A stretch of 64,000 nucleotides of DNA from Clostridia bacterium (GCA_045589295.1 JAZNOU010000007.1:64001-128000), one strand, 5' to 3'. Numbered from the stretch's first letter, positions 52,098 through 60,894 are shown. Translations and numbers: made by a program. The notes: a model not told the origin generated them from the letters alone.

Positions 52098-52945
52098 TGT
52101 CTGTCCTTCACCCTTTCCTTGATTTTTCTAATAGGAGATTTTTTCTCATCATCAAATATAATAAGATTTTTTTCCAAAGAGCGTTTTAAAGTTTCAGGTG
52201 TATAATTTCGTGTAAGCGAACCATCTTTTGCAACGGAAATTTTACCTGTTTCTTCAGAAACCACAATCACCAATGCATCAGATGTTTCTGACATCCCAAT
52301 TGCAGCCCTGTGCCTTGTCCCTAACTCTGAGCTTAAGTTTTTACTCTCACAAAGGGGTAAAAGACATCCTGCCGCTTTAATCTGGTTGTCTTTTATAATA
52401 ACTGCTCCATCGTGCAAAGGGGTATTGGGATAAAAAATATTAAGAAGCAGTTCTTTTGTTACTTTTGATTCAAGCTGTGTTCCTGTTAAAGTAACATCGC
52501 CAATTCTTGTATTTCTTTCTATAACAATAAGTCCACCTGTCTTTGTAGATGAAAGTGTACCAACAGCAGAACAAATTTCAACAATGGTTTGCTCCATAAT
52601 TTGTTTACTTCCTGAATCGGATGCAAAAATAAAGTCACCTAGTTTAGTTCTTCCTGCTTGTTCTAAGGCACGTCTTAATTCAGGTTGAAACACAATTATA
52701 AGCGCTAAAAAACCAACCTGCATAACATTTGTTAACAAAAAATTGATAACGTTTAAATTAAACCAATCGCTGACCTGAGTAACAACAAGCAAAACCACAA
52801 GCCCCTTTATAAGCTGGGCTGCACGTGTTTCTGCGATCAACTTGATTAACCAATAAATTGCTAAAGATATAAAAAGAATGTCAAACAAGTCATTTAATTT
52901 AAAAACATTAATATAGCTTGAAAAAAAAGTTAAAATTCTTTCCAT
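52094..52945 (-). CDS. cdaA: Diadenylate cyclase CdaA
   Basis: Three TMs, FQPELRRALE, PLHDGA, GTRHRAA, VSEETG. Confidence 0.96.
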   Translation of the reverse strand: MERILTFFSSYINVFKLNDLFDILFISLAIYWLIKLIAETRAAQLIKGLVVLLVVTQVSDWFNLNVINFLLTNVMQVGFLALIIVFQPELRRALEQAGRTKLGDFIFASDSGSKQIMEQTIVEICSAVGTLSSTKTGGLIVIERNTRIGDVTLTGTQLESKVTKELLLNIFYPNTPLHDGAVIIKDNQIKAAGCLLPLCESKNLSSELGTRHRAAIGMSETSDALVIVVSEETGKISVAKDGSLTRNYTPETLKRSLEKNLIIFDDEKKSPIRKIKERVKDRQ

Positions 52946-52971
52946 AACAAACTCCTAAATATTATTCATAT

Positions 52972-54135
52972 TTAGTATACATCAAAATGTCTTACTGTGT
53001 CAATAATATTCAGGAATTTTTCTACCTGTTTTTTTGTATTAAAACAGCTTAGTGATGCCCTCAAGCACCCTGTTTTCAATGTGCCGATTGTCTTATGCGC
53101 AAGCATAGCACAGTGCAATCCACCACGCACTGCAACATTATATTTTTCGCTCAAAATATTGGCAATTTCAACACTATCCTTCCCTATAATATTGAACCCC
53201 ACAACACCTGTTGCTTTTATGCCTTCATTTTTCGAATACACACAAATATTTTTCATAGAATTCAATCCGTCAATCATTGTTTCGGCAAGCATATTTTCGT
53301 ATTTTTCAATGTTGTCTATACCAACATCTTTAATAAATTTTATCCCCTCACCTAAAGCACCTATTGCCGGCGCATTTTGTGTCCCTGTTTCAAATCTGTC
53401 GGGCAAAATTTCAGGCTGAATTAAGAGTTCTGAGCTACTACCGCTCCCCCCTTCAAACAAGGTATCAAGCTCCAACCCCTTCTTAACATACATTACACCT
53501 GTCCCTTGAGGTCCAAACAATCCTTTGTGTCCCGAACATACCAAAATATCAATATTATTTTTTTGCACATCAATATCAATATGCCCTGCAGATTGCGACG
53601 CATCCACTGCAAAAACAATATTACCTTTTTTAGCTATTTCACCTATTTTTTCTATATCCGCAATTCTACCATTAACATTAGAGACGTGGTTAATTATTAT
53701 CATTTTAGTTTCAGGGGTAATAACGCTTTCTAAATCTTCAAAGTATCCGTTTTCATTTTCTTGTGCAACAGAACACTTTACTCCTTTTTGAGTAAGTTTG
53801 TAAATTGGCCTTACAACTGAATTGTGCTCATATGGGGAAATTATAACGTGGTCATTGTTATTCAAAACCCCTTTTATTGCAAAATTAAGCCCCGTTGATG
53901 CATTATTTACAAAACAAATTTCTTCTGGTGATGGTATATTAAAAAGTTCACTCACCAAAATTCTTGTATCAAAAATAACATCACTTGCTCTGTTTGCAAG
54001 CAAGTGACCTCCTCTTCCAGCGTTGCCGCCGGCTGTTTTCATAACTGAAATTATTTTGTTGTAAACTGCCTCAGGTTTCATATACGTTGTTGCACTATTA
54101 TCCAAATATATAAGTTTTTCAGTCAATTTTCTCAT
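52972..54135 (-). CDS. Class V PLP-dependent aminotransferase / cysteine desulfurase-like
   Basis: IYLDNSATT, EHNSV, DASQ, SGHKGL (PLP Lys), RGGLHCA (persulfide Cys). Confidence 0.92.
   Translation of the reverse strand: MRKLTEKLIYLDNSATTYMKPEAVYNKIISVMKTAGGNAGRGGHLLANRASDVIFDTRILVSELFNIPSPEEICFVNNASTGLNFAIKGVLNNNDHVIISPYEHNSVVRPIYKLTQKGVKCSVAQENENGYFEDLESVITPETKMIIINHVSNVNGRIADIEKIGEIAKKGNIVFAVDASQSAGHIDIDVQKNNIDILVCSGHKGLFGPQGTGVMYVKKGLELDTLFEGGSGSSSELLIQPEILPDRFETGTQNAPAIGALGEGIKFIKDVGIDNIEKYENMLAETMIDGLNSMKNICVYSKNEGIKATGVVGFNIIGKDSVEIANILSEKYNVAVRGGLHCAMLAHKTIGTLKTGCLRASLSCFNTKKQVEKFLNIIDTVRHFDVY
52974..53003 (-). promoter_or_regulatory. Sigma-A promoter for cdaA-cdaR embedded in the upstream CDS
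   Basis: TTGACA-N18-TATACT within the last codons of the desulfurase gene. Confidence 0.6.
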
Positions 54136-54382
54136 ACTCAACGCGCCCCTTCGCAACAGTTCTTTCAGCATATACACCTTTCACCTGAATGCCGAGTTTG
54201 CTGCATATACCCAGTATATCACCTGTAAGATGTCTTTTTACACGCACACTGTGACTACACCCATTTTTCGAAATAATTTTTGGTGTATGCAATGTCTGAC
54301 AAAAAATTCCGTTTTCTAATGCTAAGCGCTCCACTCTTTTAGCTGCTGTAACAGATGACAGTGCAATTATTGAATAATTCAT
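54119..54382 (-). CDS. DUF3343 family (putative S/Se carrier-like) small protein
   Basis: SVTAAKR, TP..IS..GC motif; coupled to the desulfurase; GGAGG RBS. Confidence 0.8.
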   Translation of the reverse strand: MNYSIIALSSVTAAKRVERLALENGIFCQTLHTPKIISKNGCSHSVRVKRHLTGDILGICSKLGIQVKGVYAERTVAKGRVEYEKID

Positions 54383-54418
54383 ATTATCCTCCCAAACCCC
54401 AGCACTCACGTACATTAC

Positions 54419-54446
54419 ATTTTATGTCTTACCAAAATGTTTGTGA
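54419..54446 (-). promoter_or_regulatory. Putative mother-cell (sigma-K/sigma-E type) promoter for DUF3343-desulfurase
   Basis: TCACA-N15-CATAAAAT, right after a terminator. Confidence 0.55.
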
Positions 54447-54448
54447 AT

Positions 54449-54473
54449 AAAAAAAACAGCCCCAAAGGAGCTG
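54449..54473 (-). terminator. Intrinsic terminator after purH-like gene
   Basis: Minus strand CAGCTCC-TTT-GGGGCTG-T8. Confidence 0.8.
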
Positions 54474-54477
54474 ATGT

Positions 54478-56016
54478 TTAATTTTTATAATGTGTTATAT
54501 TTGCAGTTAAAAGTGAAATATTGCATTCATTACACTTATTAATCAATTCCTGTTCGATAGGTGTTCCTCCAGGGTAAATAATGGCACAAATTCCATTTTC
54601 ACTTAAAACATCTACAACTCTGATGTCACGTATAACCGAATCAAATGCAACAACTGCTTTGTCACAAATATCACTGCATTTTGAAATTGCAACTTTTGCG
54701 GCATCAGCACCATCATTCTGTGCCTGGCCAACGCCAATCATCTGACCATCTTTAGTAATAACAACTGAACTTGATTTTGTATGCTTAGAAAGTTTCCATG
54801 CAAACAGAAGTTCTTTAAGTTCCTGTTCAGATGGACTACATTGTGTAAGACATTTCAAGTCGTTTTCCTCTAACAATCTGTTGTTAACACTTTGAATAAG
54901 TATACCACCCGAAACACTCTGAACTTCGTTGGTAACCGGAATGTGTTTACTGCTTATTTCAGGCAATTCAAAAAATCTAAGACCTTCTTTTCCAGACAGA
55001 ACTTCTAAACAATCTTCATCATATGATGGAGCAACAATTGCATTTAGAGGATATTTAATAATTTCCAAAGCGGTTCTTCTGTCAACCTCAGCATTTGTAA
55101 TAACAACACAATTTTCAAGTGAGTTAAATTCTCTTTTACAAGCACGCATATACGCTTCATATACACTCTCACTTTCGCCTGCTCCGGAAATATTCCTTCC
55201 TTTTACTGAAATAACGGCAAGATTATCAAATTCTTCGATAACGCTTATTGCATAATCTATATCACTTATACAATTATACGTAAGTGCTTCTCCACCAAGC
55301 TGTTTTACATCTTTTATGCCAATATCATCACTCAAAACATCCCTGTAAAGAGCTGCCGTCTGATGCGTATTTTGTCCGTTTGTAAGGTCCATTGTCTTTT
55401 CATAAGTTAAAGTAAGCATTTGTGGATAACCGTCTGAAATATTTTTGTTGCTGACATAAGAACAAATAAGTGCATCATAATGGCTAATATATGAGAGTGC
55501 TTTAAGACATAGTTCAGTTTTTGTATCTTTAGAAACTTCCCCTTTTTCAGAAATCTCACAAATAACCTTGTCATAGTCTTGGTGATTAACCAAAACTGCA
55601 ACATCTTCAAAATTCTTAGCTGCTGCCCTTAAAATCGCAGCAGTTCCAACGTTAATGTTTGAAAGTGCATCTTTTATATCAGCGCTCTTATTCATAACAA
55701 ATTCTGTTGGAAGTTCAACTACCACAACATCTATAGGCTCCGTTCCAAGTTCCTTCATCTGAAGCATATCTTCTGCATCGGAACGCCTTGCGGATATACC
55801 CATATGAATTTTTGCATTAAGTGTTTCAATAGTACCACCAAGATAGGACTGAGCTGTTGTAACATCAAATGCAGACAAAACTTCCAGTCCACTGTTTTTA
55901 AGAAATTCATAGGTAGTTCCAAGCGCAATAATTTCAAAGCCAAGGTCAGAAAGTTTTTGTGAAAAATCCAAAATATGTGACTTATCACAAACGTCTATAA
56001 GCGCACGTTTTTTCAT
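54478..56016 (-). CDS. purH: PurH-like protein (IMP cyclohydrolase/AICAR transformylase fold) with degenerate active sites
   Basis: Collinear with PurH over its whole length (MKKRALI, RAAAKNF, HQTAALY, IVAP, LLFAWK, PGG), but catalytic motifs are substituted. GGAGG RBS. The symbol denotes homology, not activity. Confidence 0.85.
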   Translation of the reverse strand: MKKRALIDVCDKSHILDFSQKLSDLGFEIIALGTTYEFLKNSGLEVLSAFDVTTAQSYLGGTIETLNAKIHMGISARRSDAEDMLQMKELGTEPIDVVVVELPTEFVMNKSADIKDALSNINVGTAAILRAAAKNFEDVAVLVNHQDYDKVICEISEKGEVSKDTKTELCLKALSYISHYDALICSYVSNKNISDGYPQMLTLTYEKTMDLTNGQNTHQTAALYRDVLSDDIGIKDVKQLGGEALTYNCISDIDYAISVIEEFDNLAVISVKGRNISGAGESESVYEAYMRACKREFNSLENCVVITNAEVDRRTALEIIKYPLNAIVAPSYDEDCLEVLSGKEGLRFFELPEISSKHIPVTNEVQSVSGGILIQSVNNRLLEENDLKCLTQCSPSEQELKELLFAWKLSKHTKSSSVVITKDGQMIGVGQAQNDGADAAKVAISKCSDICDKAVVAFDSVIRDIRVVDVLSENGICAIIYPGGTPIEQELINKCNECNISLLTANITHYKN

Positions 56017-56062
56017 ACAATCCTCCGTTTTCGGCTTCAATAACCTTTATTTAATCTTTATT

Positions 56063-56091
56063 ATTATACTTCAATTCCTTACAAAAGTCAA
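56063..56091 (-). promoter_or_regulatory. Sigma-A promoter for purH-like gene
   Basis: TTGACT-N17-TATAAT. Confidence 0.8.
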
Positions 56092-56144
56092 GGTTTGAGT
56101 GAAATCCAACTACTCAAACCTGTAACTGTCAACAGTGTGACTCC

Positions 56145-56186
56145 AAAAAAAGCAAACCCCGGGATTATCCCCGAGGTTTGTTTTTT
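56145..56186 (-). terminator. Intrinsic terminator after tyrS
   Basis: Minus strand CAAACCTCGGGGATAATCCCGGGGTTTGC-T7. Confidence 0.8.
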
Positions 56187-57408
56187 ATTTTAAAATTGCT
56201 TTATGGAATACTTTTTTACCTTTTCTTATTTTAACACCATTTTTCAACATATCGTCAGTAATTTCCATATTAAAATCAGAAACTTTTTCGTCGTTAACTG
56301 CAATACCGCCTTGTTGAACAAGACGTCTGATTTCACTCTTACTTGCCGCAAGCTGACAAACCATCATAAGATCAGAAAGCAAAATCTTTCCGCCTGTGAG
56401 CATACTTTCCTCAATTTCTGTAGCGGGCATATTTGCGTCATCACCCTTTCCAGAGAAAAGTGCTCTTGATGTAGCTTGAGCTTTTTCAGCTTCTTCTTTG
56501 CCGTGAACAAGCGCAGTAAGTTCAAAAGCCAAAATTTCTTTCTTTTCATTGATTCTGCTATCTTCCCAATTTTCCATTTGGTTAATTTCATCAAGTGAAA
56601 GGAATGTAAGCATTTTAAGGCACTTCATAACATCTGCATCGTCTACATTTCTCCAGTACTGATAAAATTCAAACGGAGTTGTTTTATTTGGATCAAGCCA
56701 AACCGCGCCATTTGCAGTTTTGCCCATTTTTTTACCTTCACTATTCATCAAAAGTGTAATTGTCATTGCATAAGCATCTTTGCCTGTTTTACGTCTGATA
56801 AGATCAGTTCCGCCAAGCATATTGCTCCACTGATCATCTCCGCCAAACTGCATATTACAACCATAAGTATTATGTAGATGCAAAAAGTCATAAGACTGCA
56901 TAATCATATAGTTAAATTCTAAAAAGCTAAGACCTTTTTCCATACGTTGCTTATAGCATTCTGCACGAAGCATATTATTAACTGAAAAACATGCCCCAAC
57001 CTCTCTTAAAAGGTCAACATAATTCAGTTTTAAAAGCCAATCTGCATTATTAACCATGATAGCTTTGTCTTCACCAAACTCGATAAAACGTTCCATCTGC
57101 TTTTTAAAACAATCGCAATTGTGCTGAATAGTTTCAGGTGTCATCATAGAACGCATATCTGTTCTACCTGATGGGTCACCAATATAAGCGGTACCGCCGC
57201 CAATTAAAACAACAGGCTTATTCCCTGCCATCTGCAATCTTTTCATCAAACAAAGTGCCATAAAATGACCAACATGCAGAGAATCTGCTGTCGGGTCAAA
57301 CCCTATATAAAATTTAGCTCCACCACTGTTAACAAGTTCTCTGATTTCTTTTTCATCGGTAACCTGAGCAATAAGCCCACGTTCTACCAATTCCTGATAA
57401 ATTTCCAC
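56185..57408 (-). CDS. tyrS: Tyrosine--tRNA ligase
   Basis: [13 protein letters not shown] (HIGH), QSYDF, GGDDQW, KMGKT (KMSKS), S4 domain. Confidence 0.98.
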   Translation of the reverse strand: MEIYQELVERGLIAQVTDEKEIRELVNSGGAKFYIGFDPTADSLHVGHFMALCLMKRLQMAGNKPVVLIGGGTAYIGDPSGRTDMRSMMTPETIQHNCDCFKKQMERFIEFGEDKAIMVNNADWLLKLNYVDLLREVGACFSVNNMLRAECYKQRMEKGLSFLEFNYMIMQSYDFLHLHNTYGCNMQFGGDDQWSNMLGGTDLIRRKTGKDAYAMTITLLMNSEGKKMGKTANGAVWLDPNKTTPFEFYQYWRNVDDADVMKCLKMLTFLSLDEINQMENWEDSRINEKKEILAFELTALVHGKEEAEKAQATSRALFSGKGDDANMPATEIEESMLTGGKILLSDLMMVCQLAASKSEIRRLVQQGGIAVNDEKVSDFNMEITDDMLKNGVKIRKGKKVFHKAILK

Positions 57409-57439
57409 TGTAATTCCTCCAAAATAATTTGCTATGAGT

Positions 57440-57468
57440 ATTTTAGCACAAAAAGTTATTAATGTAAA
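57440..57468 (-). promoter_or_regulatory. Sigma-A promoter for tyrS
   Basis: TTTACA-N17-TAAAAT with extended TG. Confidence 0.6.
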
Positions 57469-57486
57469 GCAAATTGCAAAATTTTG

Positions 57487-58524
57487 TTAATTCTCATAAT
57501 CTCCTCTTGATACAACAATTTCATACCCGATTTCTTTCATTGTTTTTTTGAGAGATTTAAGACTCTCAGCCGCTTCATCACCGGTGCAAATTTTGTTGTC
57601 GTAAAGTAAATACTTTTTTCTGACATTTTCTGGAGATAAATTTGGCATAACTACATTTGCTCCTGCTAAAATTCCAAGTTGCCTTCCATCTTTATCAATA
57701 GTACCCAATGCAGTAGTTGACGGAAGTAATACCTTGGGCAGCATAATTCTTATTAAGCTAATCAAGAACAATGTAAGTTCAAGGTTTCCGTGTTCAAAAT
57801 TATTAAACGGCGTATCTTTATGTGGTATAAATGGTCCAACTCCAACCATTTGAGGTTTAAAATCTTTAATAAAAATCAAATCTTTTGCCAAAGCCTGAAT
57901 ACTTTGATATGGTGAACCAACCATAAATCCACAACCTGTCTGAAAACCAATTTCTTTAAGGTCATTTAAGCATCTCAACCTATTTTCAAAACTCATACTT
58001 TCAGGATGAAGTTTTAAGTAATGCTCTTTGTCTGCAGTTTCATGGCGTAACAAATATCTGTTGGCACCTGCGTTATACAAATTTTGGTAACTTTCTCTGC
58101 TTTTTTCTCCCAAAGAAAGTGTTATTGCACAATTTGAATATTTCTTTCTTATGTGTGCAACGATGTCACACATTATATCGTCGGTGTAGAATTCATCTTC
58201 ACCGCCTTGAAGTACAAAAGTACGAAACCCAAGTTCATATCCCGTTTTACAACAATCCAAAATATTTTCCTTTGACAACCTGTACCTTTGCGCATTTTTA
58301 TTACTTCTTCTTAATCCGCAGTAGAGACAGTCATTTTTGCAAAAGCTAGAAATTTCTATAAGACCTCTGATAAATATTTTGTTGTCGAAATTTTCAATAG
58401 CCACTTTTCTTGCAATTTCTGCAGCATACTCTCTATCTTCATAAGTAAAATCCGACAAAAGTGTGCGAAACTCACTATAGTTTAAACTTTTTTGTGTCGC
58501 AAGTTTATCAATAAGCTTTTTCAA
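57487..58524 (-). CDS. hydE: [FeFe]-hydrogenase maturase HydE (radical SAM)
   Basis: RGLIEIS.FCKNDCLYC, LQGGED, RYLLRHET, GPFIPH..TP, GANVVMPNLSP and YxxY (YLLY). Confidence 0.9.
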   Translation of the reverse strand: MKKLIDKLATQKSLNYSEFRTLLSDFTYEDREYAAEIARKVAIENFDNKIFIRGLIEISSFCKNDCLYCGLRRSNKNAQRYRLSKENILDCCKTGYELGFRTFVLQGGEDEFYTDDIMCDIVAHIRKKYSNCAITLSLGEKSRESYQNLYNAGANRYLLRHETADKEHYLKLHPESMSFENRLRCLNDLKEIGFQTGCGFMVGSPYQSIQALAKDLIFIKDFKPQMVGVGPFIPHKDTPFNNFEHGNLELTLFLISLIRIMLPKVLLPSTTALGTIDKDGRQLGILAGANVVMPNLSPENVRKKYLLYDNKICTGDEAAESLKSLKKTMKEIGYEIVVSRGDYEN

Positions 58525-58611
58525 AAAACAACCTCCCTATCTTTATTTTATCATTTCAAACTACTAAAAAGAGTTTCACATATTGTAACATACATCTAAA
58601 TATTTTTCAAT

Positions 58612-58646
58612 AAAAAAACGGATAATCCATTAAGACTATCCGCTTT
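58612..58646 (-). terminator. Intrinsic terminator after spoVG
   Basis: Minus strand GCGGATAGTC-TTAATG-GATTATCCGT followed by a T tract. Confidence 0.75.
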
Positions 58647-58657
58647 ATTCTTAATAA

Positions 58658-58939
58658 TTATTCAGCTACAGGTTCGTCAGCATCTTTAAGGCTTTCTTCA
58701 TATTTAGCCAAAACTGCCTGCTGAAGTGATTCGCGCATCTGAACATTAATTGGATGTGCAATATCCTTAAATTCACCATCTGAAGTCTTACGGCTTGGCA
58801 TTGCAATAAACAATCTATCCTGACCTTCAATAACCTTAATGTCATGCACTACGAATGCATCATCAAACGTTACCGAAACAACTGCTTTCATTCTCCCTTC
58901 TGCCGTAATACGTCTCACTCTAATATCTGTGATATTCAT
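58658..58939 (-). CDS. spoVG: Septation regulator SpoVG
   Basis: [35 protein letters not shown]. Confidence 0.97.
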   Translation of the reverse strand: MNITDIRVRRITAEGRMKAVVSVTFDDAFVVHDIKVIEGQDRLFIAMPSRKTSDGEFKDIAHPINVQMRESLQQAVLAKYEESLKDADEPVAE

Positions 58940-58997
58940 GACCTTTCCTCCTTGTCTTTGGGTGCAACAAATCAACATTACCGCACCACTTTATTAA

Positions 58998-59026
58998 AGT
59001 TTAATATTTTAGTAGTAACTTGTCAA
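58998..59026 (-). promoter_or_regulatory. Sigma-A promoter for spoVG
   Basis: TTGACA-N17-TAAACT. Confidence 0.65.
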
Positions 59027-59159
59027 TAAATGTAGATAATTTTTGTTGGTTTTGACAAACGATTTGTATACTTTTTTGCAAAACTTTTCATTAAATCGTA
59101 ACTTAAACCAGAAAATTTTCATATATTGCCGATATATCCATATTTTTTGAAAAATTCTA

Positions 59160-59188
59160 TTGATTAAAATTGCCGCGTGTGGTATAAT
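59160..59188 (+). promoter_or_regulatory. Sigma-A promoter for zinc-ribbon gene-murA-MBL hydrolase
   Basis: TTGATT-N17-TATAAT with extended TG. Confidence 0.75.
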
Positions 59189-59220
59189 AAATTTGTAAAA
59201 ATATATAGGGAGGAATTTTT

Positions 59221-59580
59221 ATGGATTATATAAATAAGATTAGTGAAGAAGTCGGCAAAGCTGCCAGATTTATTTCCAAAGAAACAAGCAAACTTGTTCA
59301 ATCTGCAAAACTTACTTACACTGCTTCTGACATTGAGGCACAGCTTGAAAAAGTTTACACTTCAATTGGTAAAAAGTTTGTAGAAACTTGCATCCGTGAA
59401 AACGAAACTCCTGAACAGTTTTCAGAAGAATTTGAATGTATTGCAGAGCTTAAAGACGCACTTGAAGCTACTAAAGATAAGATTTCAGAAATTAAAAACA
59501 CAAAAAAATGTCCTGCTTGCTCTGAACCCATTTCTGAAAATGATGCTTACTGCAAAAAATGCGGAGCTAAATCCGAATAA
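59221..59580 (+). CDS. Coiled-coil + zinc-ribbon domain protein
   Basis: C-terminal CPAC...YCKKCG; GGGAGG RBS. Confidence 0.85.
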   Translation: MDYINKISEEVGKAARFISKETSKLVQSAKLTYTASDIEAQLEKVYTSIGKKFVETCIRENETPEQFSEEFECIAELKDALEATKDKISEIKNTKKCPACSEPISENDAYCKKCGAKSE

Positions 59581-59598
59581 TTTTAAAAGAGGCTTATA

Positions 59599-60885
59599 AT
59601 GGATAAATTAGTTATAAACGGTGGAAAAAGTCTTAACGGCTCTGTAACAATCAGCGGTGCAAAAAATGCTGTTGTTGCTATCATCCCCTCGGCACTTTTG
59701 GTTGACGGAAAATGTGTTATTGAAAATGTCCCAACCATTGATGATGTATCTGTAATAACAGAAATTCTGACCCAGCTTGGTGCAAAAGTAAAACTTATAA
59801 ATAAGACAACTTTGGAAATTGACTCCAGCCATGTTGACACATACTGTGCTGACAACTCAATGGTAAGAAAAATGCGTGCTTCATATTATCTTATGGGGGC
59901 ACTTTTAGGAAAATTTCACAAAGCTGTTGTTTCAATGCCTGGTGGTTGTGACTTCGGTTCAAGACCTATAGACCAACACCTGAAAGGTTTTAAAACATTG
60001 GGTGCCGAGATTTCTCAAGAAAATGGCAACTACAGCTTGTGCGCAAACCAGCTCGTAGGTTCACATATTTTCTTTGATGTTGTTTCTGTTGGTGCAACTA
60101 TTAATGTTATGCTTGCAGCTGTTAAAGCCCAGGGGCTTACAATAATCGAAAACGCTGCAAAAGAACCTCACATTGTTGATGTTGCCAACTTTTTAAACTC
60201 AATGGGTGCAAATATCAAAGGCGCGGGCACCGACGTTATAAAAATAAAAGGCGTTAATTTCTTAAAAGGTGGAACATATTCGGTTATCCCCGATTATATT
60301 GAAGCCGGTACTTATATGCTTATGGCTGCCGCTGCCGGTGGTGATGTTACAATCAAAAACGTTATACCTAAACATTTAGAATCAATTTCTGCAAAACTCG
60401 TTGAAACAGGTGCAAACGTTGTCGAATACGAAGACAGTGTTAGAGTTATAAATTCTTCAAGACTTCAGCCCTGCAGAATTAAAACTTTACCTTATCCTGG
60501 TTTTCCAACTGACCTTCAACCTCTTGCAGTTACACTTTTAACTACTGCTTCAGGCACCAGTTATGTAAATGAAAGCGTTTGGGATAACAGATTTCAGTAT
60601 ATAGACGAATTAAGACGTTTCGGCGCAAATCTTAATGTTGATGGTAGTACTGCTACTATTGAAGGTGTTTCTCGTCTTACCGGTTGCAAAGCAAAGGCTG
60701 TCGATTTAAGGGCTGGCGCTGCAATGGTTATGGCCGCCTTAATGGCAGATGGTCAGTCCGAGATTACAAACCTCAAATACATTGACCGAGGATATGAAGA
60801 CCTAGAAGAAAAGCTCACCAATCTTGGTGCTGACATAAAAAGAATTCGCGATTTCGAAGGATCTCCATTAAATATTGCAAACTAA
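59599..60885 (+). CDS. murA: UDP-N-acetylglucosamine 1-carboxyvinyltransferase
   Basis: SGAKNA, MRAS, PGGCDFGSRPIDQH (catalytic Cys), PYPGFPTD, DLRAGAA, RGYE. Confidence 0.97.
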   Translation: MDKLVINGGKSLNGSVTISGAKNAVVAIIPSALLVDGKCVIENVPTIDDVSVITEILTQLGAKVKLINKTTLEIDSSHVDTYCADNSMVRKMRASYYLMGALLGKFHKAVVSMPGGCDFGSRPIDQHLKGFKTLGAEISQENGNYSLCANQLVGSHIFFDVVSVGATINVMLAAVKAQGLTIIENAAKEPHIVDVANFLNSMGANIKGAGTDVIKIKGVNFLKGGTYSVIPDYIEAGTYMLMAAAAGGDVTIKNVIPKHLESISAKLVETGANVVEYEDSVRVINSSRLQPCRIKTLPYPGFPTDLQPLAVTLLTTASGTSYVNESVWDNRFQYIDELRRFGANLNVDGSTATIEGVSRLTGCKAKAVDLRAGAAMVMAALMADGQSEITNLKYIDRGYEDLEEKLTNLGADIKRIRDFEGSPLNIAN

Positions 60886-60894
60886 AGGATTTGT

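Noticed and set aside
56017-56144. ZMP/ZTP (pfl) or purine riboswitch upstream of the purH-like gene
   Set aside because: The conserved GACTGGCG...CGCCTGGG elements are absent, and the predicted promoter leaves only about 40 nt of leader.
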